From the NCBI GenBank assembly GCA_046331705.1, contig JAXLQJ010000044.1, positions 46,323 to 66,322 of the forward strand: DNA of 20,000 nucleotides. The letters are read 5' to 3'. The notes beneath the pieces are model-generated. The model was not told the origin of the DNA, searched no databases, and was given only the letters and a program-made list of their open reading frames with translations. Shown here piece by piece: positions 10,397 through 18,304 of this stretch. The position numbers and the translations under genes were made by a program. The stretch is from a bacterium (GTDB taxonomy: Bacteria; JADJOY01). Position 1 is the stretch's first letter. Each line of letters begins with the position of its first letter.

Positions 10397-12826
10397 ATGC
10401 AATGCCGATTCGCCACGCGCGCGCGAGGTCACCGGCGCACGCTCTCCACGGTCGCTTGGCTGGTCGCCGTCGGCAGCGCGCTCGCCGGCGCGGGGTGCGG
10501 CGGAGATGGCGGTGCCTCGAGCGCGCCGTCGGTGGACGAGTACCGGGTGGTGAAGATCGACGCCGGGCCCGACCTCGAGTTCCGCGTCCAGGACGCGTTC
10601 ATCCGCGCCCAGCCTGGGACCGTGATCGAGCTCCCCGAGGGACGCTTCGAGATCGCGAGCCAGCTGGTCGTCGACCAATCGCACGTGGTCGTCCGCGGTC
10701 AGGGGATGGACAAGACCACGCTCGACTTCGCCAAGCAGGAATCGGGCGCCGAGGGGATCCTGGCGCGCGGCGACGCGTTCCAGATCGAGGACATCGCCGT
10801 GCTCAACGCGCCCGGCGATTGCCTGAAGGTCGACGATGCCGACGGCGTCACCATTCGGCGCGTGAAGGCCGGCTGGCCGACCGCCAGCACCCAGAACGGC
10901 TCGTACGCGATCTATCCCGTCGGCTGCCAGAACGTGCTGATCGAGGACAGCTACGCGAGCGGAGCCTCGGACACCGGCATCTACGTCGGGCAATCGAAGA
11001 ACATCGTGGTGCGCCGCAACTTCGCCGAGCTCAACGTGGCGGGCATCGAGATCGAGAGCTCGAACGACGCCGACGTCTACGAGAACGAGACCACGCGCAA
11101 CTCGGGCGGCATCCTGGTCTTCGACCTGCCCGGGCTCACCATCAGCGGTGCGCGCGCCCGCGTGTACGACAACCACGTCCACGGAAACAACAACCCGAAC
11201 TTCGCGCCCGCCGGCAACATCGTCGGCTTGGTGCCGACGGGCACCGGGCTGATGGTCATGGCGAACGACGACGTCGAAGCCTTCGGCAACGAGATCGTCG
11301 ACAACTTCACGACGGACGTGGTGGTCGCGAGCTACCAGGTCACCGGCCTGCCCTACGACGATCCCGAGTTCGATCCCCACCCCCAGCGCAATTTCATCCA
11401 CGACAACGTCACCGAGCGCGGCACGGATTTCTTCTTCGACGGCGGCCAGCTCGGCATCTTCGCCAGCCTGCTCTTCTTGTTCACGCCCGAGCGCGTCATC
11501 CCCGATCTCGTCTACGACGGCATCGCCGAGAACGCGCTCGGCCTGCACCCGCTGCCACCCGAGCAACAGAACTGCTTCCGCGGCAACGTCCGCCGCGATG
11601 GATCGACGGCGACCTTCGGTGACCTCAACCTCCGGCCCCGTCCCGGCGTGCCCCTGCCCGCCGGCCCGATCAGCACCGACCCCGCGCCGTTCGATTGCAG
11701 CCAGCCCGCGGAGGCGGCGGTGCGACTCGCGTCGCTCGCGCCGATCCCGGCGACCACGCAAGGCCCCACGGAAGCGGAGATCGCCGCCGCCTGCACGCCC
11801 AGCGGCACCGCCGTGAACTTCAGCGCCGTCGAGTTCGATTGCCCGACGCTCGCCGGCTACAACCTCTACGACCTTCCGAGCGACTTGATCGGCACCGGCG
11901 CGCTGCACGGCGGGATCCCGTACGACCTGACCACCCCGCTCTTCTCGGACTACGCGCTCAAGAATCGCATCGTCTACGTCCCGCCTGGCGCCCACGCCAC
12001 GTACACCGCGGACGGCGCGTTCTCGTTTCCAGTCGGCACGATCATCGCGAAGACCTTCAGCTACCTCGAGTCCAACGAGGATCGCTTCGCCGCGGACACG
12101 ATGATCGAGACGCGCCTGCTGCTCCACCGCGCCGACGGCTGGGTGGGTCGCGCCTACATCTGGGACGACGACCAGCAGATGGCCCGGCTATCGCTCGGCG
12201 GCGGCGCCAAGCTCGTGGTCTGGTACGACGGCGAGAAGAACCAGCACTCCACGACTTACCGCATCCCCAACGCACTCCAGTGCAACACCTGTCACTCCGG
12301 CGGAGCGACCGCGGATCCGATCGGACCGAAGGCGCGACTCCTCAACAAGGACTTCACGTACGGAGACGGCGCCGGCCCCACGGAGAACCAGCTGGTCCAC
12401 TGGACCAAGGCCGGTGCGCTCTCGGGCGCGCCGAGCGATCCGGCGCAGGCGCCGCGCCTCCCGGTGTGGAACGACCCGAACGACGGCACGCTCGAAGGCC
12501 GCGCGCGTGCCTATCTCGAATCCAACTGCGCCCACTGTCACTCGGAGACCGGCTATGCGCGGTTCTCCGGCCTCTACTTGAACAGCCACGACGCGCTCGG
12601 AACCGCATACGGCCTCTGCAAGACGCCGGTCGCCGCGGGCCGTGGCGCCGGCGCGTTCCAGTACGACATCGTCCCCGGTCATCCCGAGGAATCGATCCTG
12701 ACCTTCCGCATGGGCTCGAACGATCCCGGCATCAAGATGCCGGAGCTCGCGCGCAGCGTCGTCCACGAAGAAGGCCTCGCGCTCGTGACCGAATGGATCC
12801 AGAGCCTCGAAGGAGCGTGCCAATGA
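10397..12826 (+). CDS. Lipoprotein: parallel beta-helix domain (TIGR03805-like) fused to SO2930/HNE_0200-like diheme c-type cytochrome (TIGR03806-like)
   Basis: ATG at 10397 after GAGGAG; lipobox-like 'LAGAGC'; 'NGSYAIYPV...GASDTGIYVGQS...NVAGIEIE...GGILVFDLP' beta-helix signature; second half 'PYDLTTPLFSDYALKNR...FPVGTIIAKTF...IETRLL' with CxxCH at 12281-12295 (CNTCH) and 12527-12541 (CAHCH) and distal 'MPEL'. Confidence 0.9.
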   Translation: MQCRFATRARGHRRTLSTVAWLVAVGSALAGAGCGGDGGASSAPSVDEYRVVKIDAGPDLEFRVQDAFIRAQPGTVIELPEGRFEIASQLVVDQSHVVVRGQGMDKTTLDFAKQESGAEGILARGDAFQIEDIAVLNAPGDCLKVDDADGVTIRRVKAGWPTASTQNGSYAIYPVGCQNVLIEDSYASGASDTGIYVGQSKNIVVRRNFAELNVAGIEIESSNDADVYENETTRNSGGILVFDLPGLTISGARARVYDNHVHGNNNPNFAPAGNIVGLVPTGTGLMVMANDDVEAFGNEIVDNFTTDVVVASYQVTGLPYDDPEFDPHPQRNFIHDNVTERGTDFFFDGGQLGIFASLLFLFTPERVIPDLVYDGIAENALGLHPLPPEQQNCFRGNVRRDGSTATFGDLNLRPRPGVPLPAGPISTDPAPFDCSQPAEAAVRLASLAPIPATTQGPTEAEIAAACTPSGTAVNFSAVEFDCPTLAGYNLYDLPSDLIGTGALHGGIPYDLTTPLFSDYALKNRIVYVPPGAHATYTADGAFSFPVGTIIAKTFSYLESNEDRFAADTMIETRLLLHRADGWVGRAYIWDDDQQMARLSLGGGAKLVVWYDGEKNQHSTTYRIPNALQCNTCHSGGATADPIGPKARLLNKDFTYGDGAGPTENQLVHWTKAGALSGAPSDPAQAPRLPVWNDPNDGTLEGRARAYLESNCAHCHSETGYARFSGLYLNSHDALGTAYGLCKTPVAAGRGAGAFQYDIVPGHPEESILTFRMGSNDPGIKMPELARSVVHEEGLALVTEWIQSLEGACQ

Positions 12827-13245
12827 GGCTCACGCAGGATCTCGCGAGGCCTTCCCATCCGCTCACGGCCTCGCAGTCGACATCCAAGGAGCGTCATCGT
12901 TCGAGGGGCAACGGGTAGCGACGAAACCGATCGCAGGCCTGTAGCGAGCAAGCACAGCACTCGCTTCTCGACCCGGCCGAGTCCTTCGCATCGAGCGCCA
13001 AATCGAATACGCAACTCCCGATCGTCCGGGCGATTGGATGCCTTGCGTTCCGGCGCTCGAGGCGGGGCGGATCGGAAGACCATCGCTCCCGGGCCGCTTT
13101 CCACACGAGTGAGGACGCCCTCGGCGCGAGGCGGTCGACGGGGAATCGTCCGACTCGTTCGCGGCACGGGCGGATCCTCGCCCTCGATTCCACACCCGCA
13201 GCAGCCCCGGCTCTCGCGCACCCGCTTGCCGAGCGGTCGCACCCT

Positions 13246-14394
13246 TCACCCGCTCGCGAGGTCTCCGTCGCAACGAGCGACGAGGCCGAGCGCCTCGGCG
13301 AGCCCGGGGTTGCTGCCGTCGAGGCGCCAGAGGTAGCCGTCCAGCACGTAATGCGTCGCCTGTGGCAGCGCGAGCAGCGGTACGACGATCGCCTGCCACG
13401 CCGATAGATCGAGCGCGGGAAACGGAAAGAGCCGCGGATGATCGCGCCACACCGCGCCGTCCCAGAGCCATTCCTCGGCGAAGGCGAGTGCCACGAGTCC
13501 CAGGGCGAAGAGCGCGAAGCGGCGCGGGGCGAACACGGCGGCGAGCATCCGGCTCAGCGAGGAGCCGCCCGCGGGTTTGACGGAGCTCGCCCAGCGGATC
13601 ACGCCGTAGCGGTGCGAGATCGCCATGTACGGGATGCCGTGAACGAGCACGTTCGCGGCGGTGAAGGCGAAATCGCTCTCCCAGAGCACGATTCCCGCCC
13701 ACCACGTCGCGGCGGTGGTGACGACCAGCAGGATCTTCCCCGTGAACCACGGCTGACCCGCGACGCGGCGCTGGATCTGGCGCACGGCGAACGCCAGCAG
13801 CACGACGATCCAGACGCCGCGGGCGATCGCCGCGGCCGTCGACGGCACCCCCGCGACGAAGTCTCCGTCGATCAGCCACGCGAACGGTCGCGGCAGCCGC
13901 GCGTGCCACGAGATCAGCGGATAACCGGTCGCCACGTAGATTGCCGCCTCGTCGACGAACCGATCGACGCGTGAACGATCTCCGGCACGATGCCGGTAGA
14001 GCCGCATCCACCCGAGCTGCTGCTTCACGAAGTGGAATACCGCCACGTACGCGAGCACCCGCCAGAACGCGAGCGGCGAGAGCGAGTAGAGAAAGACGCC
14101 CACCACCCAGGCCGCGATCGGCACCGCCACGTAGAGCCCGAGCCGGCGCTCGAGCTCGGCACCGTCGAGGTAGACGCGCAACGTGGTGCCGTGGACGTGC
14201 GCCACGTCCACCGCCACCACCAGCGCCAGCCACGCCCAGGTGGGCGTCGAGCCGTCCGGCTCGGCGAGCCGCCCGGCGAGCGCGCCCAGCACCAGCGCCA
14301 CGATCGCCGGCAACACCAGGAACGCCGCGTCGTACGCCGGATCGACGAGCCAAACGCTCGGCAGCGGCCGCGCCGCGCGGCTCGCGAGGCTCAT
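13246..14394 (-). CDS. Polytopic membrane protein with spaced His motifs (putative membrane metalloenzyme)
   Basis: ATG at 14394 overlaps the upstream stop (ATGA); about 8-9 hydrophobic segments; motifs DVAHVHGT, FHFVKQQLGW, HGIPY, THYVLDG. Confidence 0.8.
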   Translation of the reverse strand: MSLASRAARPLPSVWLVDPAYDAAFLVLPAIVALVLGALAGRLAEPDGSTPTWAWLALVVAVDVAHVHGTTLRVYLDGAELERRLGLYVAVPIAAWVVGVFLYSLSPLAFWRVLAYVAVFHFVKQQLGWMRLYRHRAGDRSRVDRFVDEAAIYVATGYPLISWHARLPRPFAWLIDGDFVAGVPSTAAAIARGVWIVVLLAFAVRQIQRRVAGQPWFTGKILLVVTTAATWWAGIVLWESDFAFTAANVLVHGIPYMAISHRYGVIRWASSVKPAGGSSLSRMLAAVFAPRRFALFALGLVALAFAEEWLWDGAVWRDHPRLFPFPALDLSAWQAIVVPLLALPQATHYVLDGYLWRLDGSNPGLAEALGLVARCDGDLASG

Positions 14395-16157
14395 CCCAGC
14401 GCCTCGAATGGCACGCGCAGCGCCGCGAGCACCTCCTCGGCAGCGCGCACGCCGTGGTAGTGGGCTTCCTCGAAGAGCGGCAATCCCGAGAGGTCGGTAT
14501 GCGCGAAATGCACCGCGCCGCGCGGCTCCGCGGCGCGTCGGCGCGCGGCGCCGAACACGAAGCCGGGCACGGGGCGCACCATGGCGTGGCCCCAGCGCCA
14601 CGCCTCGATGCGCGTGACGCACGCGTCGAGGTCTGGATGGCCACGCCTCAGGTCGGCGAGGATCGCGCTCGCCGCGTCGACGAAGCTCGTTTCCAGCAGG
14701 CGCTTTCGGGCGAGCGCCGGATCGGCGTCCGTGAGCGGCAGGTAGTAGGTCCAGACCGTCGGGCCGTAGCGGGTGGGCGCGCGGCGCGCGCAGCCGGTGG
14801 TCGCCGTCGAAGCGCGTCCCGCGGGATCGCCGCTCAGCTGCGCGAGCACGCTCGGAGAGCAGCGACCTTCGTCGGTCTGGTGTGTCGCGTCCACGTAGCC
14901 CAGGCCGGCGCTGCCGTAGAGCACGTTGTCCCACGCTTGCGGGAATCCGCGCGAGCGCGGGTGTCGCGCCAGCGAGAGGTTCGCCACGAGCCAGGGGCTG
15001 ACCTGGAACTCGCGCGCGTCGCGGATCAGCTCGTCGTCGGCGAGCAGACGCGCGGCGAACATCCTGGGTAACGCGACGATCACGCGGTCGGCCTCGAGCG
15101 CCTCCGCGCGATCCATCGCCGGGTCGTAGGTCCAGACCTCGACCGGCGCACCGACGGCGGCGGGATCACCGCCTCTGGCAGCGGGTCTGGCGCGGATGCG
15201 CGTGACCGCGACGCCCGCGCGCAGCCGCCCGCCGCCGCCGGCGGCGCGCTGCGCCAGGTGCGCCACCAAGCGGCCGTTGCCCTCCGGCCAGGTGAGGAAC
15301 GGCTGCGTGTCGCCGTGCTCCCAGCGGGACGCGAAGTAGTGGATTCCCGCCCACGCGCTGGTGGTCTCGAGTGTCGAGCCGAAATCGTCGCGGCAGCCGT
15401 ACTCGACGAGCCAGCGCAGGCGCTTGGAGCGAAAGGCGCGCTCGTCCAACCACTCGGCCATCGAGATGCGGTCGAGCGCGGTCACGTCCGCGTCGTCGGA
15501 ACCGTGCGCCATCGGCACGGCGAACGCACGCCTCCCGCGACCATCGCGAAGCATCGCCCAGCGCGCGATCTCGGCGTCGAAGCGATCCCGCTCCGCGAGC
15601 TCCTCGGGCCTCGCCCCGGGCCACGGAAAGAGCCCCTCGTACCAGCGATCGGCCACGAAGACACGCTCCTCCGGCGCGCGACAGAGCTGCCCCTCGTCCG
15701 CGACGAACGCACCGCTTGCCGGATCGCGCAGGCCGGCGCCGGCCTCCACCAGGAGCTCGATCATCGCTTTCGCGTGAGGCAACGGCGCCGGCACGTAATG
15801 GGCGCCCCACGGGAACGCGCTGATCGCGTTCTCCCCCGGGCGCGCGGTCCCACCCAGAATCGAATCGAGCTCGACGAGCTCGAAATCGTGGAAGCCGGCG
15901 CGCGCCAGCCGCCATGCCGCCGTCAGACCCGCGACACCGCCGCCCACGATGAGCACCGGCACGCGTCGGCGCGCGCTCGGTGGCGGCGCGAAGCCATCGC
16001 GCAAGCGATGCCCGAGCTCGTGAGGCGCGCCGACGAAATCGCCTTCGATCGCCCGCGGCCGCGGCTCGCGACACGCCGAGAGCGCCGCCGGCAACCCGAC
16101 CAACGCGGCGACGGCCTCCCGCCGCGAGATCCGCGCCCCCAGGCAATCACGCGTCAC
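14391..16157 (-). CDS. FAD-dependent oxidoreductase, flavin amine-oxidase family, with Tat/lipoprotein signal
   Basis: 'SRREAV' twin-arginine motif plus 'LSAC' lipobox; Rossmann 'VLIVGGGVAGLTAAW...E...GG'; 'WGAHY'; 'RWGHAM'; C-terminal 'FAHTDLSGLPLFEEAHYHGVRAA'; GAGG SD 6 nt before the GTG. Confidence 0.9.
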   Translation of the reverse strand: MTRDCLGARISRREAVAALVGLPAALSACREPRPRAIEGDFVGAPHELGHRLRDGFAPPPSARRRVPVLIVGGGVAGLTAAWRLARAGFHDFELVELDSILGGTARPGENAISAFPWGAHYVPAPLPHAKAMIELLVEAGAGLRDPASGAFVADEGQLCRAPEERVFVADRWYEGLFPWPGARPEELAERDRFDAEIARWAMLRDGRGRRAFAVPMAHGSDDADVTALDRISMAEWLDERAFRSKRLRWLVEYGCRDDFGSTLETTSAWAGIHYFASRWEHGDTQPFLTWPEGNGRLVAHLAQRAAGGGGRLRAGVAVTRIRARPAARGGDPAAVGAPVEVWTYDPAMDRAEALEADRVIVALPRMFAARLLADDELIRDAREFQVSPWLVANLSLARHPRSRGFPQAWDNVLYGSAGLGYVDATHQTDEGRCSPSVLAQLSGDPAGRASTATTGCARRAPTRYGPTVWTYYLPLTDADPALARKRLLETSFVDAASAILADLRRGHPDLDACVTRIEAWRWGHAMVRPVPGFVFGAARRRAAEPRGAVHFAHTDLSGLPLFEEAHYHGVRAAEEVLAALRVPFEALG

Positions 16158-16226
16158 GCGTCACCTCGCTCGCGTGAGTGGCCAGCCGATCCGCGCAATT
16201 CGGTCTCCGCGCGCCGTCGATCCATC

Positions 16227-16372
16227 CCGGTGCCGGCGGCACCACACGAGCGAAGCGAGTGACTCAGGGGTGGGGCCCCGTCGCGGCTTCGCCGTGACGG
16301 GGCGGGGGGCTGGAACAGCCCCCCGAGGAAACCTCGGACTAGGCTGCCGTCGCTCCGACGGAAGCCTAGTCC
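16227..16372. repeat. Structured intergenic repeat, copy 1 (multi-hairpin element)
   Basis: CCGGTGCC-GGC-GGCACC / CAC-GAGCGAAGCGA-GTG / ACTC-A-GGGGTGGGGCCCCG / GCCCCGTCGCGGC-TTC-GCCGTGACGGGGC / CGGGGGGCTG-GAA-CAGCCCCCCG / CCGAGG-AAA-CCTCGG / terminal hairpin; same order and orientation as copy 2. Confidence 0.85.
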
Positions 16373-17907
16373 CACCGGCGCCACTCCTCGTCGTAGTACT
16401 GGACGAGGATCTGGTTGTCGAGCCGGTTCACCTCGCCCTCGAGAGGCGCCAGGTCGGGACCGAACACGAAGAGCGTGGGCAAGAGCTGGTCGTCGAGAAA
16501 GCGCAGATCGGGGAGCGTGCGGCGCGGCGCCTCGAAGGGCGCGCGCTTCGCGAGCACGAATCCCCACTCGCCGAACGACGGCACGGGCACGTGGTAGGGC
16601 CGCACGGTGAACCCCGCCTTCTCGATGGTGCGCGCGATGCACCAGTACGACTTCCGCGCGAACAACGGCGAGGTGGCCTGCACCGCGATGGCGCCGTCCT
16701 CGGCGACGTGCGGCGCGAGCAGCCGGTAGAAGCGCGTGGTGTAGAGCTTGCCCAGCGAGAAGTTGTTGGGATCGGGAAAATCGACGATCACCACGTCGTA
16801 GCGCGCATCCGCCGGAGCCTCGTCGAGCCATGCCATCGCATCGGCGTTCACGACCCGCACCCGCGGGTTCTCGAGCGAGGCGCCGTTGAGGTCGCGCACC
16901 AGCGGCAACCGTGCAACCACCTCCGTCATCGCGGGATCGAGATCGACCAGCGTCACGTGCTCCACCGTTGGGTGCTTGAGGATCTCGCGCACGGCGAGCC
17001 CGTCGCCGCCGCCCAACACCAGCACGTTGCGACCGCGCGCCGCCGCCGCGAACGCTGGATGCACGAGCCCCTCGTGGTAGCGGTACTCGTCGACGCTCGA
17101 GAACTGGAGGTTCCCGTCCAGGAAGAGCGCGAACGTGTCGCGATTCTTGGTCAGCACGATGCGTTGATACGGCGTCTGCTTCGACCACACGATCGGATCG
17201 GCGTAGTGCTCCTCCTCGGCCAGGCTCGTGAGCCGGTCCGCGGACACGAACGCCGCCATCAACGCCACCAGCACCGCCAGACACTGCACCCGCAGCCACG
17301 ACACGGCGCGGATCTCGGAAGCGAGCAGCCACGTCGTCCAGAGCGCGGCGAGCGCGTTCAACGCACCGAACCCCAGCGAGCTTCGAACCAGGCCGAGCCG
17401 CGGGACGAGCAGGATCGGGAAGAGCAGCGAGGCGATCAGGGCGCCCAGGTAGTCGAAGGCGAGCACCTGTGCCACGACCTCCTTGAACGTCAGCCGGTCG
17501 CGCAAGATGCGAAGCAGCAGCGGGATCTCGAGGCCGACCAGCACCCCGATCACGACCACCACGCCGTAGAGCAGCGGACGGAACGCGGCGAAGCGGCCGA
17601 ACGCGAAGAAGAGCAGCGGCGCCGAGAAGCCGCCCACCACCGCCACCGCCAGCTCCACGTCCACGAATCGTCGCGCCAGCCCGCGATCGAAGGCCCGCGA
17701 GAGCCACGCCCCGAGGCCCATCGCCGACAGATACGTGCCGATGATCGTCGAGAACTGGGTGACCGAGTCGCCGAGCAGATACGAGGCGATGGTGCCGGCG
17801 AGCAGCTCGTAGACGAGCCCGCACGCGGCGATGACGACGACCGTCGCCAAGAGCAGAGGGACCTGCCCCCTCGGCGCCGGCTGCCCCGTGCGTCCCGAAT
17901 CCGTCAT
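16366..17907 (-). CDS. speE: Polyamine aminopropyltransferase (spermidine synthase family) with N-terminal multi-TM domain
   Basis: About 7 N-terminal TM segments ('CGLVYELL', 'GLEIPL', 'DYLGAL'); catalytic domain 'QTPYQRI...LFLDGNLQFSSVDEYRYHE', 'VLVLGGGDG', 'LVDLD', 'VDFPDP'. ATG at 17907 chosen; no clear SD. Confidence 0.92.
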   Translation of the reverse strand: MTDSGRTGQPAPRGQVPLLLATVVVIAACGLVYELLAGTIASYLLGDSVTQFSTIIGTYLSAMGLGAWLSRAFDRGLARRFVDVELAVAVVGGFSAPLLFFAFGRFAAFRPLLYGVVVVIGVLVGLEIPLLLRILRDRLTFKEVVAQVLAFDYLGALIASLLFPILLVPRLGLVRSSLGFGALNALAALWTTWLLASEIRAVSWLRVQCLAVLVALMAAFVSADRLTSLAEEEHYADPIVWSKQTPYQRIVLTKNRDTFALFLDGNLQFSSVDEYRYHEGLVHPAFAAAARGRNVLVLGGGDGLAVREILKHPTVEHVTLVDLDPAMTEVVARLPLVRDLNGASLENPRVRVVNADAMAWLDEAPADARYDVVIVDFPDPNNFSLGKLYTTRFYRLLAPHVAEDGAIAVQATSPLFARKSYWCIARTIEKAGFTVRPYHVPVPSFGEWGFVLAKRAPFEAPRRTLPDLRFLDDQLLPTLFVFGPDLAPLEGEVNRLDNQILVQYYDEEWRRWD

Positions 17908-17933
17908 CGCGCCACGAGCATGGACGGAATCGG

Positions 17934-18098
17934 CCGGTGCCAGCGGCACCGCAGCGAGCGAAGCGAGCTGACTCGGGGGTGGGGCCCCGCGACAGTCGCG
18001 CCTTTCACGGGGCGGAGGTCTGTTTCAGACCCCCGGGGGAACATCCGGGCAAGAGATCGTCGGTGCGCGAAGCACATCTTCCGACGGTCTCTTACCCG
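17934..18098. repeat. Structured intergenic repeat, copy 2
   Basis: CCGGTGCC-AGC-GGCACC / CAGC-GAGCGAAGCGA-GCTG / ACTC-G-GGGGTGGGGCCCCG / GCCCCG...CGGGGC / CGGAGGTCTG-TTT-CAGACCCCCG / CCCGGG-GGAACA-TCCGGG / terminal hairpin. Confidence 0.85.
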
Positions 18099-18304
18099 TG
18101 CATCGCCGACGCGATGATGATCGCGAGGCCCAGCATCACCGAGCCCACCAGCACGCCCACGGCCGTGTTCTGGTCCTCGGCCAGCTCCTTGTTCAGATCG
18201 AAGGGCATCACCATCTCGATGACCTTGTACGCGAGCATGAAGATGCCGATCCCCACCCCGGAGTAGATCAAGCTGAGGACCAGGTAGTCCCAGTGCATGT
18301 CCAT
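18092..18304 (-). CDS. DUF350 domain small membrane protein
   Basis: 70 aa with two TM helices around 'PFDLNKELAEDQNTAVGV...GLAIIIASA' (DUF350 pattern); ATG overlaps the upstream stop (TGATG), with GGAGG upstream. Confidence 0.88.
   Translation of the reverse strand: MDMHWDYLVLSLIYSGVGIGIFMLAYKVIEMVMPFDLNKELAEDQNTAVGVLVGSVMLGLAIIIASAMHG

Noticed and set aside
12823-12918. 31-codon ORF overlapping the cytochrome stop (ATGA)
   Set aside because: No recognisable features or clear SD; likely a chance CAA-TGA overlap.
12930-13020. LuxR-HTH-like snippet 'GLGRVEKRVLCLLATGL' on the minus strand
   Set aside because: Resemblance stops before the helix-turn-helix and the surrounding frame is not protein-like.
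16227-18098. Repeat pair as a CRISPR array or a composite transposon carrying speE
   Set aside because: Only two diverged long copies, with no spacers, cas genes or transposase and no evident target duplication; speE sits in its usual operon context.
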